From NCBI GenBank assembly GCA_047495785.1, contig JBLDXI010000033.1:2604001-2668000 (forward strand): DNA of 64,000 nt. The letters run 5' to 3'. The translations under genes and the position numbers were made by a program. How positions within the stretch are numbered: position 1 is the stretch's first letter; every line of letters begins with the position of its first letter. Source of the stretch: Lepidodermella squamata (lineage: Eukaryota; Animalia; Gastrotricha). This document shows, in pieces, positions 25,726 to 38,448 of this stretch. Under the pieces are notes generated by a model. It ran no database searches. It saw only the letters and a program-made list of their open reading frames with translations, and was not told where the DNA came from.

Positions 25726-28700
25726 TCAGACCGCATTAGGTGAGTCTGGCGTAAATGCCGCATTTGCTTGCTCGGTCTTGATGGCCGCGGCCATTTTCTC
25801 CTCTTTTCTGCGCTTCGATACGCCGCGAGGGTCGACGTCAAAGTTCGGTCCAAGGTGTTTAACGAGCCGGCGGTGTTTGACAAAGTACGGGCCCCAAGAG
25901 TTGGTCGGTGAGCACTTTTCCTTTATCCGCTGTTGAATAAAATGTTGCTATGTTGGAAAAATATTATTTCCTAAATAAATACGCACCTGCCACAAGTTTC
26001 CTTTCGCCGTGGCGATTTCGTAGATAGCTATTGCTGGCGGCCAAACCAACACGGCGGCTACGCAACACCAGCCGATGATTTCATCTGTCCTATTCGTCGC
26101 GATCGGCTCGTATGTTACGAATGAATAAATCAAGATGAATGTGATGATGCCTGGGCTGATGATGCCCCAAAAGGCCGTGATGTAGTATTGCCCACAGGCA
26201 ATCCAAGATGAACCCATCATAAGTTTGAGATCTTCGTGAAATTTGCTGCAGCCGTATAGCCAGCTGATGCTTAGAGTTTCGATGATTCCAACGATGAGAG
26301 CTCCCCAGCCTGATGAATATTCGTCGACGATTGTTGACAGGTAAGACCCTCCCTTCACCAACCAAAATTATTAAATAAAATCCTCGTAAATTCTCGAAAA
26401 ACGCTTTTCTTACGTTGCAAACCATTGGTATTCCAAGCAGAAAGAATAAGATACAGAATCCTCCTAAGAAACACGATTTTCTGAACAAATTAACGCGAAA
26501 GTAAGGTAGTTCGTCCAGGAATGCCTGTTGGAGAGAAAAGATTCGTCAATTGCGGAGTAAATGTAGGTCATCTCTAGTTAACTACCGTTAGAACTGTCTC
26601 CATCGTGTTGAATTCTGAATCTAGACCCAATAGCAGTAGCATGAAGAAAAAGGCGATAGCCCATGCAACGGATCCAGGTAGCTCAAGGACAATTTTTGGG
26701 TACATCACAAACTAATATTGCAATTTTTTGGTTTTGTTTTTACGAAGTAAACAGTTCAGGAAAATTACCGCTAAGCCAGTTCCCGCTGCCGCTACCTTGT
26801 CCACAGGCTTATCCAACAGCAGAGCTCCATATCCGATAATTGAAAATACAGCAAATCCTGCATAAAAATTTGCAGGGAATGAACAAGAGATGCCAAAGGT
26901 GAATTACCGGCGATGAATGAAGTGAAGCTATCGGCGAAAACTGAAATGGCAGGATAAAGGCTGTAAACTTTTCTACAACGAAGGCCTAGTTCAACTACCG
27001 GTAATAAGGGCATCTCGCAATACTGTAAAAGAAAGTTGGATTGTATGAGCAAATATATGCCAAGCTGACTTTTACCGTTGTTTTCGAACTTGTTGTATGA
27101 CGATAGAGCGATCATTCCTGGTGAGGTATTGACGAAATAGCTTCGAGCCTAAAATACTGCGGTTTATTCTTACCTCCCCATGAACAGCTGAGTGAAAAGA
27201 ACTGTGGAAGAGATAGAATCAAGCTTCAGGCAAATAATTTTCCTAATTTTACAAACCAATTGATTTGCTGCCGCGAACCAAACAGAGGGCTGTTTGATCT
27301 TTTCCCAATCTGGCGTTAGGTAAAATTTTATGCCGTCTAGCGCTCCCGGCAAACTGACACCGCGCCCGATCAGTATAAACAATATAAGGTAGCTATATAA
27401 GTAACATAGGGATATATTTCGCGGTGAATTTTTGGAAAGCGGCATCGCTTACGGAAAAACTGCTGTGAAGTACACAACTTTTCCACTGGTTTTGATGCCA
27501 TTCATTACTATAGCATTCGGTAGATAACCTGAACTTAATTAGAAATCTTAATTAGAGGGAAAATTACGGCACACAAAGACGAAGATCCAGGCTAGCAACA
27601 GGCATAAAACCAAACCCCATGACGGTGTACCTGTAATCAGATGATAGAATTGTTGGCAAACTAAATCCCTAATCTAGCGAACCTATGTTTTCTGTGTTAT
27701 CCGTGTCGTACATGCGTAAAACATAGTGATGAAAGAATTCATCTGTTGACAACTTTGGCGCTACGTCATTGTCTATTGCCAGATCTTCATCCCAGTAACC
27801 AAGGACCTGTTTCAATTGCTCGGAAAAATGAGTATTTCTTGTTGTTTGATTCAATACCGTCGAAGCGTTGCGATACAGATTGGCCGATGTCGCGTCGTAG
27901 AAATGTACGCAAGTCGCGCTGAAGTAGGATGTCTGATTGACTATGGATGAGGTGACATTCGGGCAGTCTGTGAAATTGAAAAATTCCGACGAAGACAATA
28001 AAGATAGACTTTCCCATGATTTCGTCAGGTATGTTGCGTTAAAGCAAAGCCCATCGGTTGATTTGATCTCTGTCATCGAAGAGCTGTTGCTATTATCACA
28101 TGGAACTTTCCCTAATTCACATCCTAGTGGCAACACATTCGAACGATTAGACGTTTTCATTATAGTGCAGAACTAACTGAAGTCAGCCCAAGATTCAAAA
28201 TCGCAATGCGTCCACGGAAGAACAGCCCGAAAAGATGCGCATAGCATGAAGATCGACCAGGCTATGTCAATTTAAATACAGGCTCATTGATACACAAATT
28301 GGAACCTTTAACCAACCAATGATAATGTTGTAGTAAATGCATGCTGGAATTGAATTTGTTATGATGAATTTATTTTACTGCAGCTGAAAATTACCCAGAG
28401 CTGATAGCGCAACCATTGCGTATCCGATTCCTCGAATGATAGGCGCAAAGCCCCAACAATGCATTGGACCTATGCAGTTGTCAATATAACCAGTGAAACA
28501 CTAGGCATACCTAGTCGAATTATCTTACCTAGACTTGTAAATTGGCCGATAGCTTGCTCGAAGTAGACTAGCGGAAATCCAACACAACAGCTGCGAGTGG
28601 ATAGTGATTCATTAGAATCGTTATACAGCAAGAAAATACTACCTTAGAATCCAGTAGACGATTAGGAAACAGCCTCCTCCATTCTTTGAAAACGTTTTGA

Positions 28701-29233
28701 AGTATTTTTAAAAGTTTTGGTTGCGGAAATTTTACCTTGTAACACTGATAGGGAAATCTCCAGATGTTTCCCAGCCCAACTGCCTGTTTCAGATAGAGAT
28801 TAGTACAAAAGTTATCATAAGATTATTTCCATGTCGCCCTGAATTAATGTAAGTCACTACTTTAACGGCAAGGTAAAATTGAGCCTCTGCAACATTTCGG
28901 CTCGCATTGAAGTGATATCTAAATCGACTGTTCTGTATGGCTTTCGTATAAAGCATTTCGTTTAATTTAGGTTTAAACAATCGGATCGGTTTATGATGGA
29001 ATAAGGCGAGATTTATTGGCAAATTCCCAACTCACATAACCAATGCAGCTGAGAATGAACTCGATGTGATTTGTCCAGTTACCACGCAAGCTTTCTTCGT
29101 TGTCGTCGTCATCGATGTTTCCCTTATCCGTCTCTGTTGCGTCATCCACTACCTTAACTGCACCCTCTGAGACTTCTGCCTGCCCAGCAACTTCTGGCGA
29201 TGCTTTGACAACGTCAACTTTGAGCGTCGCCAT
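25726..29233 (-). CDS. SLC6/NSS amino-acid transporter, GlyT2/ATB0,+-like (copy 3)
   Basis: [18 protein letters not shown]|[52 protein letters not shown]; last exon RIKEKCSPTNSWGPY...PNAV, stop at 25726. Confidence 0.9.
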
Positions 29234-30243
29234 CTCTACTGTAAATAAACATCAATGTGATAGATAGTGATATTAAATGGCTAACACTCTGTTTTGCCTT
29301 GCTGCAAGCTCTGTGTTTGAAACTTAGTTGTTGAAATAATATTTTCATAAATTATCGCAGGGCGTACCTCGTTATTGGCCGCGGCCATTGCTCGGCTATT
29401 AGGCGTGAGAAGATGATTCTACGATCCTATTTTTTATGACCCAGCTCTATCACATATAGTACCATAAATGATGACATAAGATCCATGTCATTCAATTAGC
29501 CCATTATTATTCTTGCGATTATCCCTGAACAATGAAGCCTTCGTCACAGATTGACGAGTAGCAATAATACCTGTGCATCGCGCTAAAACACGTCATGCAC
29601 CGCCATCAGCGATGATGTGATAGCGCTACGGCGATTATTTTGCTCTAGTTTTGCTGAAAAGTAGGTACGTTGCTTTTTTGTTCGTGGTGGTTGTAATATT
29701 GGCCAAAAAAAACAATAGAAACACTAATATATCTACTTGGGACAAAGGGATGCACGGTTGGTTGCAAATTCTCTCGTATGACATCAATCATTGTCATACA
29801 TAGTTGGTACAATTTCGTCAATGGTCTTTGCCCTATTAGTACTTACCGCAAAAAGCTTCGAGATGACACGATTTTGTCCCGAAAGACCAAGGTTAATCTC
29901 AGATAGAATTTATTTCAAGTTTCAGTTACAAAATTATCGACTCTCGCGCCCACCGCAATGGGACGGCTTTGTCAGGCTGGAAGGCAAAACTGAAAGCTGA
30001 GCCCTGATGCTCCTCAGAACTATTATAGGCTCAGTGAACTGATTGACAGCGAGTCAGTCAATAAAAGCAACAAGTTAGGTATTCGATTCTATAAAATTTC
30101 ATGAGGCGAGAAAGAGCAGCTCGTCAACTTGGCTGCGAATCCATAAAAAAGGTTCATCAAATGTTATTCAGCGACAAAAACAGCAGCAGTTATTCAAGGA
30201 GGGGCTAATGTTCAGTGTTCCAGCTTTTTCGAATAAATAATAT

Positions 30244-31641
30244 CTACCAGTTGAGCTCTTCCCTGGCTTTATCAAACTCGTGGCAGCCATCATAGAACTG
30301 ATAGTACCAGTTGCGCCAATCCTGAAGATTTCTATCTGTAAACGAGATTAAAAATCAAAGGTGAATTATTATAACAGGAAGGTTATATTTACCAGCTTCG
30401 GCTTTCATGTTGTACGTTAGGGTGGAGCCGAAAATTTTGTTATCCCAGATGCTAATATCGTTGAGGACTTGCTTCGTCTCTGCCCACAACATTTGAGCGG
30501 TCAACCAGTACGGCAAGAAGCGGCTTGCATAAATTTTGTGAGAAACGCGAATATTCATCTTGTCCAAAGGTGTGACGCTTTGTTGGAAGATAACTTCACA
30601 GAATGGCATTTTCAAAAACAGATAAACTAGGGCTGGGCCAACTTGGAAGCCAGTGGCGTTGAAAAAGAAGTATTTGTTGCCGAAAATCTCGATATAGCTG
30701 TCAAGGCTGATGATATTCATGTAGTTTTTGTTCTTCTCGGTGATGTATTTGCGCAGCAGTTTTTGCTTGAATTCATCGATATATTTGACTCTGTGGCGCA
30801 TTTTCTCGTAAACTTCCGGATCAGCAGCTCGAACACTGGTCATGGTCCAATCGAATTGAACAAGCGAGAAGTGTTTCCAAATGCGTTTGTGCAAAAAGTC
30901 AAAGTGGCGAACATCAGCGCCGTTCTCAGGAATTTCCTGAATGTGACAGTTGACATAGTTGAGGCTTTCGCCTCGTTTATCCAACGTTTCGTCCAGGTTG
31001 AATAGCAGCGGCTCAAAGGGCTGCTCCTCATTATCAACGCCGCGGCTGTGGAGCCAAACGTAGATGCAAGTGCTGTGTTCGACGACCTTGTACTTCTTGA
31101 GCCTAGCAGCGCCTTCGTAAAATTTCTTCAGATAGGCTCCATCAGTTTTCTGCGCCTCCTTAACCCCACCTGCGTACTCAAATTGGGTGCATTGCTTCTC
31201 TATCGGTGTTTTGTAGGAAACAACGCAGTTGCCGGTAGAACCCTCGAACTGCCAGCCATGGAACGGGCATTCGATGCAGTTGCCCTTGACTTTGCCGCCC
31301 TTGCCAAGGTTGGCGCCCATGTGCAAGCAGAACGCGTCCAGCGCAAATACCTTTCCCTCCTCCGTGCGGAAGACGACGAGGTCGCGCCCGCAACTGTCGA
31401 CGTATTTCGCTTCATTCGGCTTCAAGTCAGCGGAATCGAGAACACGATACCAGCCGTTAGGAAAGAACGGCGGGCATTTCCCGCGAGGCGTTCGAACCTT
31501 GACTGAATCGGTGACTCGCTCCTTCTGCTCGAATATGTAAAATCTATACTTTCGATAATAAAGTCCATAGAGCACAAGGCCGACTAGGGTCGAGATGATG
31601 GCGCATTTGTTCTCCTGAATGTAAACTTGCAATGCATCCAT
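30244..31641 (-). CDS. nvd: Rieske-type sterol (cholesterol) C7-desaturase, Neverland/DAF-36/Des7 family (exons 31641-30393, 30335-30244)
   Basis: N-terminal TM; PPFFPNGWY; Rieske C-x-H (DAFCLHMGANL) and CPFHGW; non-heme Fe motif EIPENGADVRHFDFLH; DISIWDNK. A 57-nt GT-AG intron (30336-30392) restores the C-terminus DRNLQDWRNWYYQFYDGCHEFDKAREELNW*. Confidence 0.93.
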
Positions 31642-34384
31642 TACGATGTTGGTGTAAAGCAACTTCAAATTAAAAACATAAAACAAGGATTCGATGAAAA
31701 TCAAGAGAATCAGGTGATAAACTGCTATAAAATATTACGAAAATATTTGTAGACGAAGATTAGATATCATTACTCATTTTTTAGAAAGAAATGCGCGTAG
31801 GTGGTGAGCAGCTTATAAACCACTAAATTTATAACGCGATATAGGAAAAATATTCGAAATATTTTGATATTCGAATATCTGATTGTCCTGTGTCCTAATT
31901 ATTAATATTAGTTCATCTCTATTTTCAAAGCTGCCTTAATTGAAGCTGATAGGTGCGAAATATCATGATAAACGTGTCGCAATTCCTATCAATATTCGGT
32001 AGATTTTAAAGCGGATTTGAAAATTCACAGAGGCAGTGATTTAATTACTCCTGATTGCGTTCGCAAACTGTCAAAGCGGAAGATTCTTGAAGCTATGCGG
32101 TACACGCAGCCCTTTCAAATCGATAGATCGCAGGTGTGCAGTAGAAGTAGGTCAAAATATCCTATTTATTTTGACGCGCGTCCCGCTGCAAAGGAATCGG
32201 CGCTATAGCATTGAAGCATTGAAGGCTATTGAAAATCAGCTCAAAGAAACATGCATAATTAATATATCAGGTGGCTCAATAGGAATGGTATTACAGCTAT
32301 GGAGAAAGGTCTGGCAAAATGAGGAACGTACTGCGTGAACTAAAAGATACGCCGCTGTGAATTTTAGCAGGCAACGGCTGAACTTCGAACCCCCAGTTTT
32401 CGGCGAGGCGTCATGTTTCACGTGCTGTGTTAGCGAAATAACGTTTGAGCAATAGGATTTGACCCCATGCGCTACAGTGTGTTATGTGACGCGTACCTAC
32501 ATGGAAGTTTCGCGACAGAAAACGTCTTGTCAACTGCTTCTAGTCGCTCCTCTTAACGGGCAAAAAACTGAAAAAGTGGTTACTATTTCGTGCTCTATTG
32601 TTGTCAGGAAAACGTGGCGCCCATAAAGTACAGAGAATCTTGGTAGCCAGTTATTGCACACCGAGTATTGGTTTCCCGCACGCAGTAAAAATAAACATAC
32701 CTACCGCGTAATTTTGCTTTTACGCTGCAATCCGAAATTTTAATTCATAAAAATAATCTTGAGCGTGCGTAAAAATGCTCAACACGGCTGTGAGTAGGCA
32801 GTTAATTACGTGTCGCGCGCGTAAAAGCTGATGGACATGTGTTATCTCTACGGTGCCGTTGCGTTCACTACATTTCTTGGACAAAAAAATTGTTCCCATG
32901 AATGGACACGACTGCTATTTTTTCTTTACGCGAGGCCATTGTTGCGAAAAATACCAAAATATTTGCGCGGGTAAAACAGTATGGGATTAGCAAAGCACGT
33001 AGCTCCCATTGAAAAAGTACGGCAAACGTCCGGCAAACGTACGTATAGCAACTGTATGTGGAAAGCCATCAGCGAGAAATATTTTTCTATATATGTTCAA
33101 TTAAACCATTCAATCAATTTGATATTAGGTGAGCTAATTTAAATCTGCGCAAAAAATGTCATAGCACCTAAAACCAAGTATAGAATTTTATTTGCTTGAG
33201 AAAGCTTCTTTTTTACTCGTAGCGGGCTCAATGGGGGTTGCTGCACTTGCGTTGCCTATTCCACAATGAATGCAATTATAGTTGCCTCGTTTCGGACGAG
33301 ACATATAGGCAACCGGCAAGTTCGTGACAACATTTTCATGCGTTTTTAAATGAAAAATACAGCGAAAAATGAACGCAGTTTTAAAATTGATATATTTACT
33401 GTATAACGCGGTCTTATTTCGGACAAAACTGTGTTTTTCGGGCCTCGTTTATGGACAGGGGTGAATTTTAAAACGCACCTTGCTCAAAAAGATGCGCCTT
33501 GAAAAACTGCATACCCTGGTTTTTATAACTGTAAAAATATGCCTTCTTCCGCACAGGTAAATTACGGGTAACCGACTCGGCTAATTCGGACGCAATTGGG
33601 TATCATTTCGGACAGCTCAATGTGAATATTTAGTTTAAGTTCTGAGTTCACATAATAATTTGTGATCAGATTTGAGGGATGAAAATAAAAATACCAATTG
33701 ATGCCGAGGGATTCGTACCCTCTATAGTGAATTGCGCTCCTAACACAGCTAAGCGCTGTGTGCTTTTCCAACTAAAATATGAAGTTACAATATAATTTCA
33801 AGGGCGGGTGGTTACCTATGTTTTTTTTTGTTTTTTTTTATTAATGCGCTGTTCGAGCTTAGCCACGACAAAAATGTCATTCAAACGCATTCCCTGTGGA
33901 ATTGTGTGGGTTAAAATCCTTTAAAACATTCTTGTCGAACTAAATTCGATGCACTCTTTCCTTTGCGTTAATTTCAAAAAATCAAAAGATTCCATCGGAT
34001 GAATAAAAGTTAGCAATTTTCGACGACGGAACACACCTGCGAATAAGTTGGACCATTCTTCGCAGACTGATCCGTTTTTTCTAATGCTTCAGATATCACT
34101 TTAAAGAAGAAAATCAGGGCTATCTTTTGAACAGTGCTTATTGATTGACTTCCGTCTCTCAACTATTGTAAGCCGCTTTTTAACAACGTAAGCAACGCTT
34201 TTTTAACCACTGCCCGTCACAATACGAAGTTGCAAGGCTGGAAAGCCTCGGAGCAAAGCCGTATTGAGACCACACCTGACTAATCTCAATTGTTCAAAGC
34301 TGATCGGAACTCCAAAAGCAAGGTAAGCCACACGGACCTTTTTCCAGCCTGAGACCAATATTTATACTCAACACCTCTCGAAGA

Positions 34385-34900
34385 GTGCTTTCAAAAGTGA
34401 TTCTACGATGGCTAAAGAGCCTCATAAGAAGCACAATATATACACCTATCACAGTCTCAATGTGCGGTAGGTATCTGATAGGCTCGACCACTCTGGCTTC
34501 TCGAACGTCCATCCGCACCACATCGGTTAACTGGATCCTGTCCCCGACTCACACTTCCCCAGTGGCATTTGTAGTAGGTACAGATATGAACGCATTTACT
34601 GTAGCCTTACCCCGAAGGGCAAATTAACTGCTATGCGACCTATTGAAACGACTCTAAAGGCCGATTGTTAATCGAGTTCGTTGCTTGTCCGCAGCAGACC
34701 AACGGCAGCGATTTCATTGCCCCCTCCCTCATGACCAACTTATACATTCGACATGGCAATTCCGAACATCAAATGGCGAATGACCTTGACCATTTTAACG
34801 ACAGGGCATGGTTTACGGCCTAACACTTGATGCCCTTGAATTTCGATGCTTGAAAACAGTCCAATAAACGCTACAGACAACGTCCTATCTGTGGCGGTAG
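34385..34900 (+). mobile_element. Decayed non-LTR retrotransposon AP-endonuclease-like remnant
   Basis: Broken frames give VVGTDMNA (cf. GDFNA), NDSKGRLLIEF, PTY and DLDHF in the expected order, interrupted by stops and frameshifts. Confidence 0.4.
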
Positions 34901-35497
34901 CATGGAATCCGGCCTCTAGTGAAAACGTCCAGTTGGGTACAGTGTACTTTTTTTTAATAGAAAAATCGCGGCAGCGTGCAAGACTAATTTGCATCTCTCA
35001 CTTCTTTATTTCAATTAATTGGAAACATGAGTTCATTTTTACAATAATTTATAAATGCGTACACATTCATTCCTCTCGAATCCACATGACACGCAAAACA
35101 GTTTCCATAACCGCACTGATCATTCAGATTTTCCTGCTTCTTGAAAGCGTGCGTGTGGGGAATAAGCACGTCGCGGCTGTCAACCCCACACGTTGCTACG
35201 GCTGAAGAAACTACCTGGCAAATCATGAAGAGCTGCGAAGAACAAAAGTGACGCCATCGGATATGAATTCGGGATATTTACAAGTGAACTTGAACAAAAA
35301 TTAGATAACTGAAAAACCGAATTGTCGAACATCAAGTGACAGATATCGATATCAGACAGCATGATGAAATCAGCGAAACATCACGACTTGGATGTGATTC
35401 GCTGATAATAGGTGAATCAATCAAACATAAAGAGATTCTTCAATCGTAGAGCACCGCTTCTCGAACTCATTTTATATAAACATTATAGATCGCTTGA

Positions 35498-36322
35498 TCA
35501 CGCCCGATCGATTGATTGTTGCTGAAGGATTGGTAGCTGCTGCTCCCTAGCTTGCTGAACAAGCGTGCAAGGTCGACAACAACATGTCTCAAATAGATCT
35601 TGGCTGGAAGATCCAAGGATATTCCTCTGTAGCCGAATTTTCCGCCTCACCAACGAGCCGATAAGGCATGAGAGCGGACAGCAGCATTCAACGATGCTAG
35701 ATAAATTATTATTACTGTTGCTTAGGAAATTCACTTTTTCAAGGAGTGTGACTAACCAGCAAGCGATGCCGTTGTCTCCAGCAGCTTCCGCGACCCTTCC
35801 AGCGACGTAACAAGGGCAAAAACATGAAAGAACGCACCATCGCATTCCTTCTTCGTCATTCAGACCTTCATTGCACGTGACGAATAGCAAGTCAATTTTG
35901 CGATGAAAATGTTTATTAGGACTCACATGAGAATAGGTTGTATGACCAGTCATTCTTGTTTGCTGTTGGATCAATCAGTTCAACGAGATCTCGCCTGCAA
36001 AAATGAAATTTGATTAGTTTTTTCAGCAATTTCATACGCCTACTAACTTGTCTTTGCCTTGAGATGAGCGGTGAGGCGGGACGATGGCACTGTACGGATT
36101 ATGCGAGAAATCATCGCGATCGTGATATTCCTGGCTTGTGTCTAAAATTGGCGATAGCTGTTCAGTGGTGACAACCGTATACGCCGTTTGATCTTCGGGA
36201 CCACCGATCTGAGTCGTCAAAACAACCTGGCTCATTGGAGAATCCACTGCATAAGTTGCCATATTTTGTCTATCCAACGTCGACGTCGGCGACGTTGTGT
36301 TGCTATTATTGCTCATATACAT
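35498..36322 (-). CDS. PLAC8/cornifelin-family cysteine-rich protein
   Basis: CVLSCFCPCYVAGRVAE, CCCPLSC...VRRKIRLQRNILGSSSQDL...CCCRPCTLVQQARE; several short introns. Confidence 0.82.
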
Positions 36323-38448
36323 CGCTTCAAGTAATAAAAAGCAGAGGCTATCTGCTGAGAGCCTAAATTTCCTAACTGAATGAATCGGAAAAAAATCAGA
36401 GGTACAACATGCACAAAATAGTTGTGGATTTTTACTAAAATATAAGCATTTCTATTCAGGGTCAAGTGGCGTCGCTTTTGCCGTGGCTAAAACAAGAAAG
36501 TTTTCCCACGCGGGGTAAAAGGCTGATTTGCGGTTATTGTTAAGCCGCAACGACATCCGTCATTTTTATTATATATTGTGTACCTATACATATCTGTTGG
36601 TCAGGTGGCGTGCGTCAAAACTTAATACGACGTTTAGGTAATAGAGCAACTAACTTGGTTCATGTAAATACCAGGCTGCCCTGCAACTGCAGGCTGTGTG
36701 TGCAACCCTTGCGCTCCTAACAAATATAATAAATTCTAACAATGTGTATAAACCAAATAAACCAGACCGTTCCTGTAAAGAAACGGCAAGAGGCCAGTCA
36801 TATGTTATGTATATAGTAGGCACTTTTTACTTGTGGGCATCGTCTGGTTATTAAGGGCTGCTTGCGAGATGGGTCATGCTGCAGGAAGAGATAACTGAGA
36901 CGCAAGCATAGCGCAATCTGTACTTGAGGCGCGCTTGCGCATTGTTAGAAAGTTCCTGCGTAGTTATAATATTTGTATACAGTTAGAATGCAGTTATACC
37001 TACCTACGCGTAAAACGGCAGTGCAGTTATGCGCGCGCAGGCTGCATGTGTAAAAAATCGTTTATACGCCAAACGATCAAGAATATACACGATGGGAAGC
37101 CGTCAAAATACGGCTCATATTATTAAGGTAATAGGAATAACACCGAACGGAGCGTTGATGGCAAGGGGATGTGCATCATGAATCATGAAGCTTCTACATT
37201 TTATGAATGCTGTATGTGTAACCCTAAGACCAGCAGCCCAATACTATAGCTATATACCTATCATTTTGATTTATCCTAAAAATGCTAATAACGCGGCCGA
37301 GATTTATACTATAATAAAATATCGGTAGGCATTGGTGTTATACGCTTGATTATTAACTGCAATAAAACCGGAATAATATTATTGTTTTGCAAAAAATTAG
37401 CTGGCTAACGCGGGCAATGATTGATTTGCGATATGAAGGAAAACGCGCAGCTCCTATAGCGTTTGTTTACCATCACCAGCACCGTTGCTGGCGCGAATTT
37501 AAGGTGGAAGAGCGGGGAGCGTTACCGACCAGTAACCTGAACTATCATCATTGGAGCCACGAGAAATCAGCACCACCAAATGCACTCTATCATTATATCT
37601 CCAAGGCATTGGTAGGTAGTACCTAATAATAGCTACGTCTCATGACCCAATGTGCTAACTAACTCAAGAACTTCCTATTTTCATTCGAAAAATAGTCAAG
37701 CTTGAGAACCAAAATTTATAATCGAAGTCAAAATAAAAGCGAAAAGCTGTTTTCTCAAACCGAAAGGCTAAGCAGGCAACGTGAAACGACTCTATCAGGT
37801 CAGACTCATATCAGCACGCCGAGCTCCCCTGCTCTCATCGAGCCGTTCGTGCGAATGAAGACCAAGTTTTTGGGCATCTAAGAGATGGAGACATTATGTG
37901 CTGTTATTTCAGCCAGCAGCATCTGGGCTTTAGGTTTACTTATATAGTGCTGAAGCTTCTTAATTCTTAATTCTATCGAGTTGGTGTTGAAAAGGAGTTA
38001 GAGCCAACAGCTTACAACGTGCGAGAGAAAATCGAATGGGGGTGTGTTTGAGATCAATTGAGTTGAAGTATAGCCACCCGAAATCACTTATCACTAGCGT
38101 TGATTATGCCGTATTTTTTATAGTGCTGTTGACAAGTGATTTACAGCAGGTCACGCGACCTAGAACGCAAAAACTCTCGATGAAAAATGTCGGCACACAT
38201 AAATATACTAGCGTGTCAGATCTCTCTTATTTATTTATCTATGCAAACAGGGCATTAACATCTAGTTGGCGAAACAGCTAGTGGCGCAGTCCTAATTATA
38301 TTCAACGATCTTGGAAACAATTACACCGCTGGTTTCCTGGCGCAAAAAAAGCCACCTATTGCAACAGGCCTTTTCGTCGCAGTATATATTTATGTTGATC
38401 GTTTACGGAAATTTTGCTGTGAGCTCTATTGTCTATAAGCTTGAACAA

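Noticed and set aside
14241-29233. Monoamine (DAT/SERT) transporter identity
   Set aside because: TM1 reads AVGLGN, not AVDLAN.
30355-31704. ORF-track version of the desaturase (TTG start, tail GKYNLPVIIIHL) and the idea that it is bacterial or a contaminant
   Set aside because: The first ATG is 31641, the tail is intron read-through, and the conserved C-terminus lies in a spliced exon.
32340-33560. tRNA/SINE-like B-box (GGTTCGAA on the minus strand near 32390) and transposon-like ends near 33400-33540
   Set aside because: No cloverleaf, A-box, paired TIRs or TSD could be established.
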